Shown one piece after another: positions 23,758 to 24,000 of a DNA stretch of 24,000 nt. Each line of letters opens with the position of its first letter. The stretch's first letter is position 1. The notes beneath the pieces were generated by a model. It was not told the DNA's origin. It worked only from the letters and a program-made list of their open reading frames with translations, and made no database searches. The position numbers and the translations under genes were made by a program. Source of the DNA: Bdellovibrionota bacterium (GTDB lineage Bacteria; Bdellovibrionota; Bacteriovoracia; Bacteriovoracales; Bacteriovoracaceae); NCBI GenBank assembly GCA_040387275.1, contig JAZKDZ010000003.1, positions 105,858 through 129,857 of the forward strand, in the 5' to 3' direction.

Positions 23758-24000
23758 TTACTTACAGGCCCCTAAGTAATCATTGTGCCGGATGTGGGAC
23801 TTGAGAGCAGGACAAGCGACAATGATTGCGTGCTCAGAACTTGAAGTCTGGTGGCAGAGTTTTACTTTCGAGATTCTCTTACTCTGACCATTCCCGCTGT
23901 AATTTTTCACGAGAAGATATTTCGGATCCAGGTCTTCACAATTCCCTTTGTAAGCTTCTTCCACAGTCGGTTCTTCTTCAACCACAACTGGTGGAACGGG
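23758..24000 (-). CDS. Hypothetical Cys-containing protein, 5'-truncated by window edge
   Basis: The reading frame stays open to position 24000 (PVPPVVVEEEPTVEE...). The track start at 23985 is a GTG and is probably internal. Confidence 0.45.
   Translation of the reverse strand, partial: PVPPVVVEEEPTVEEAYKGNCEDLDPKYLLVKNYSGNGQSKRISKVKLCHQTSSSEHAIIVACPALKSHIRHNDYLGACK

Noticed and set aside
1-24000. CRISPR arrays, tRNA/rRNA genes, integrase/transposase genes and terminal inverted repeats of a mobile element
   Set aside because: I scanned both strands by eye. I found no regularly spaced direct repeats, no cloverleaf-like or rRNA-like segments in the few intergenic regions, and no recombinase motifs in any ORF. 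Absence by eye is not proof and needs tRNAscan, Infernal and ISfinder.

Overview
This is a densely coding bacterial window with two compositionally different parts.

**Left part (about 1-15,540).** It is AT-rich: my hand counts of single 60-nt lines give about 37-38% GC. It is packed with nucleic-acid-targeting genes.
- A translationally coupled SPL-like radical-SAM and ASCH-domain pair lies on the minus strand (1739->2).
- A tight four-gene plus-strand cassette spans 2704-9124. It encodes a SAP-like protein, a membrane-anchored coiled-coil DUF4041/T5orf172 (GIY-YIG-like) protein, a 937-aa McrB-type AAA+ GTPase with a roughly 500-aa unassigned N-terminal region, and McrC.
- A three-gene minus-strand operon (12804->9139) converges on that cassette with only 14 nt between the CDS ends. 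It encodes an AAG/MPG-like putative DNA glycosylase, a DUF2779 protein (Cas4-like Fe-S nuclease plus exonuclease-like domain) and a PDDEXK_4-type nuclease.
- A small orphan ORF, an HExxH lipoprotein and a small secreted protein follow.
- A 15-bp palindrome, TCTCAA-N3-TTGAGA, occurs twice perfectly in intergenic DNA and in two weaker copies around these operons. This suggests a shared operator.

**Right part (about 15,640-24,000).** Sampled lines give about 47% GC. It encodes a WYL-domain regulator, small coupled ORFs, and several signal-peptide proteins: a coiled-coil N/Q-rich protein, a GH43-like protein and a Cys-rich protein.

**Not found.** I recognised no rRNA, tRNA, CRISPR array, integrase or transposase.

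**Best candidates for an undescribed system.** These are the McrBC-plus four-gene cassette and the glycosylase-like/dual-nuclease operon. They may be co-regulated as one defence island. All domain calls were made by eye from motifs and need HMM or structure confirmation.
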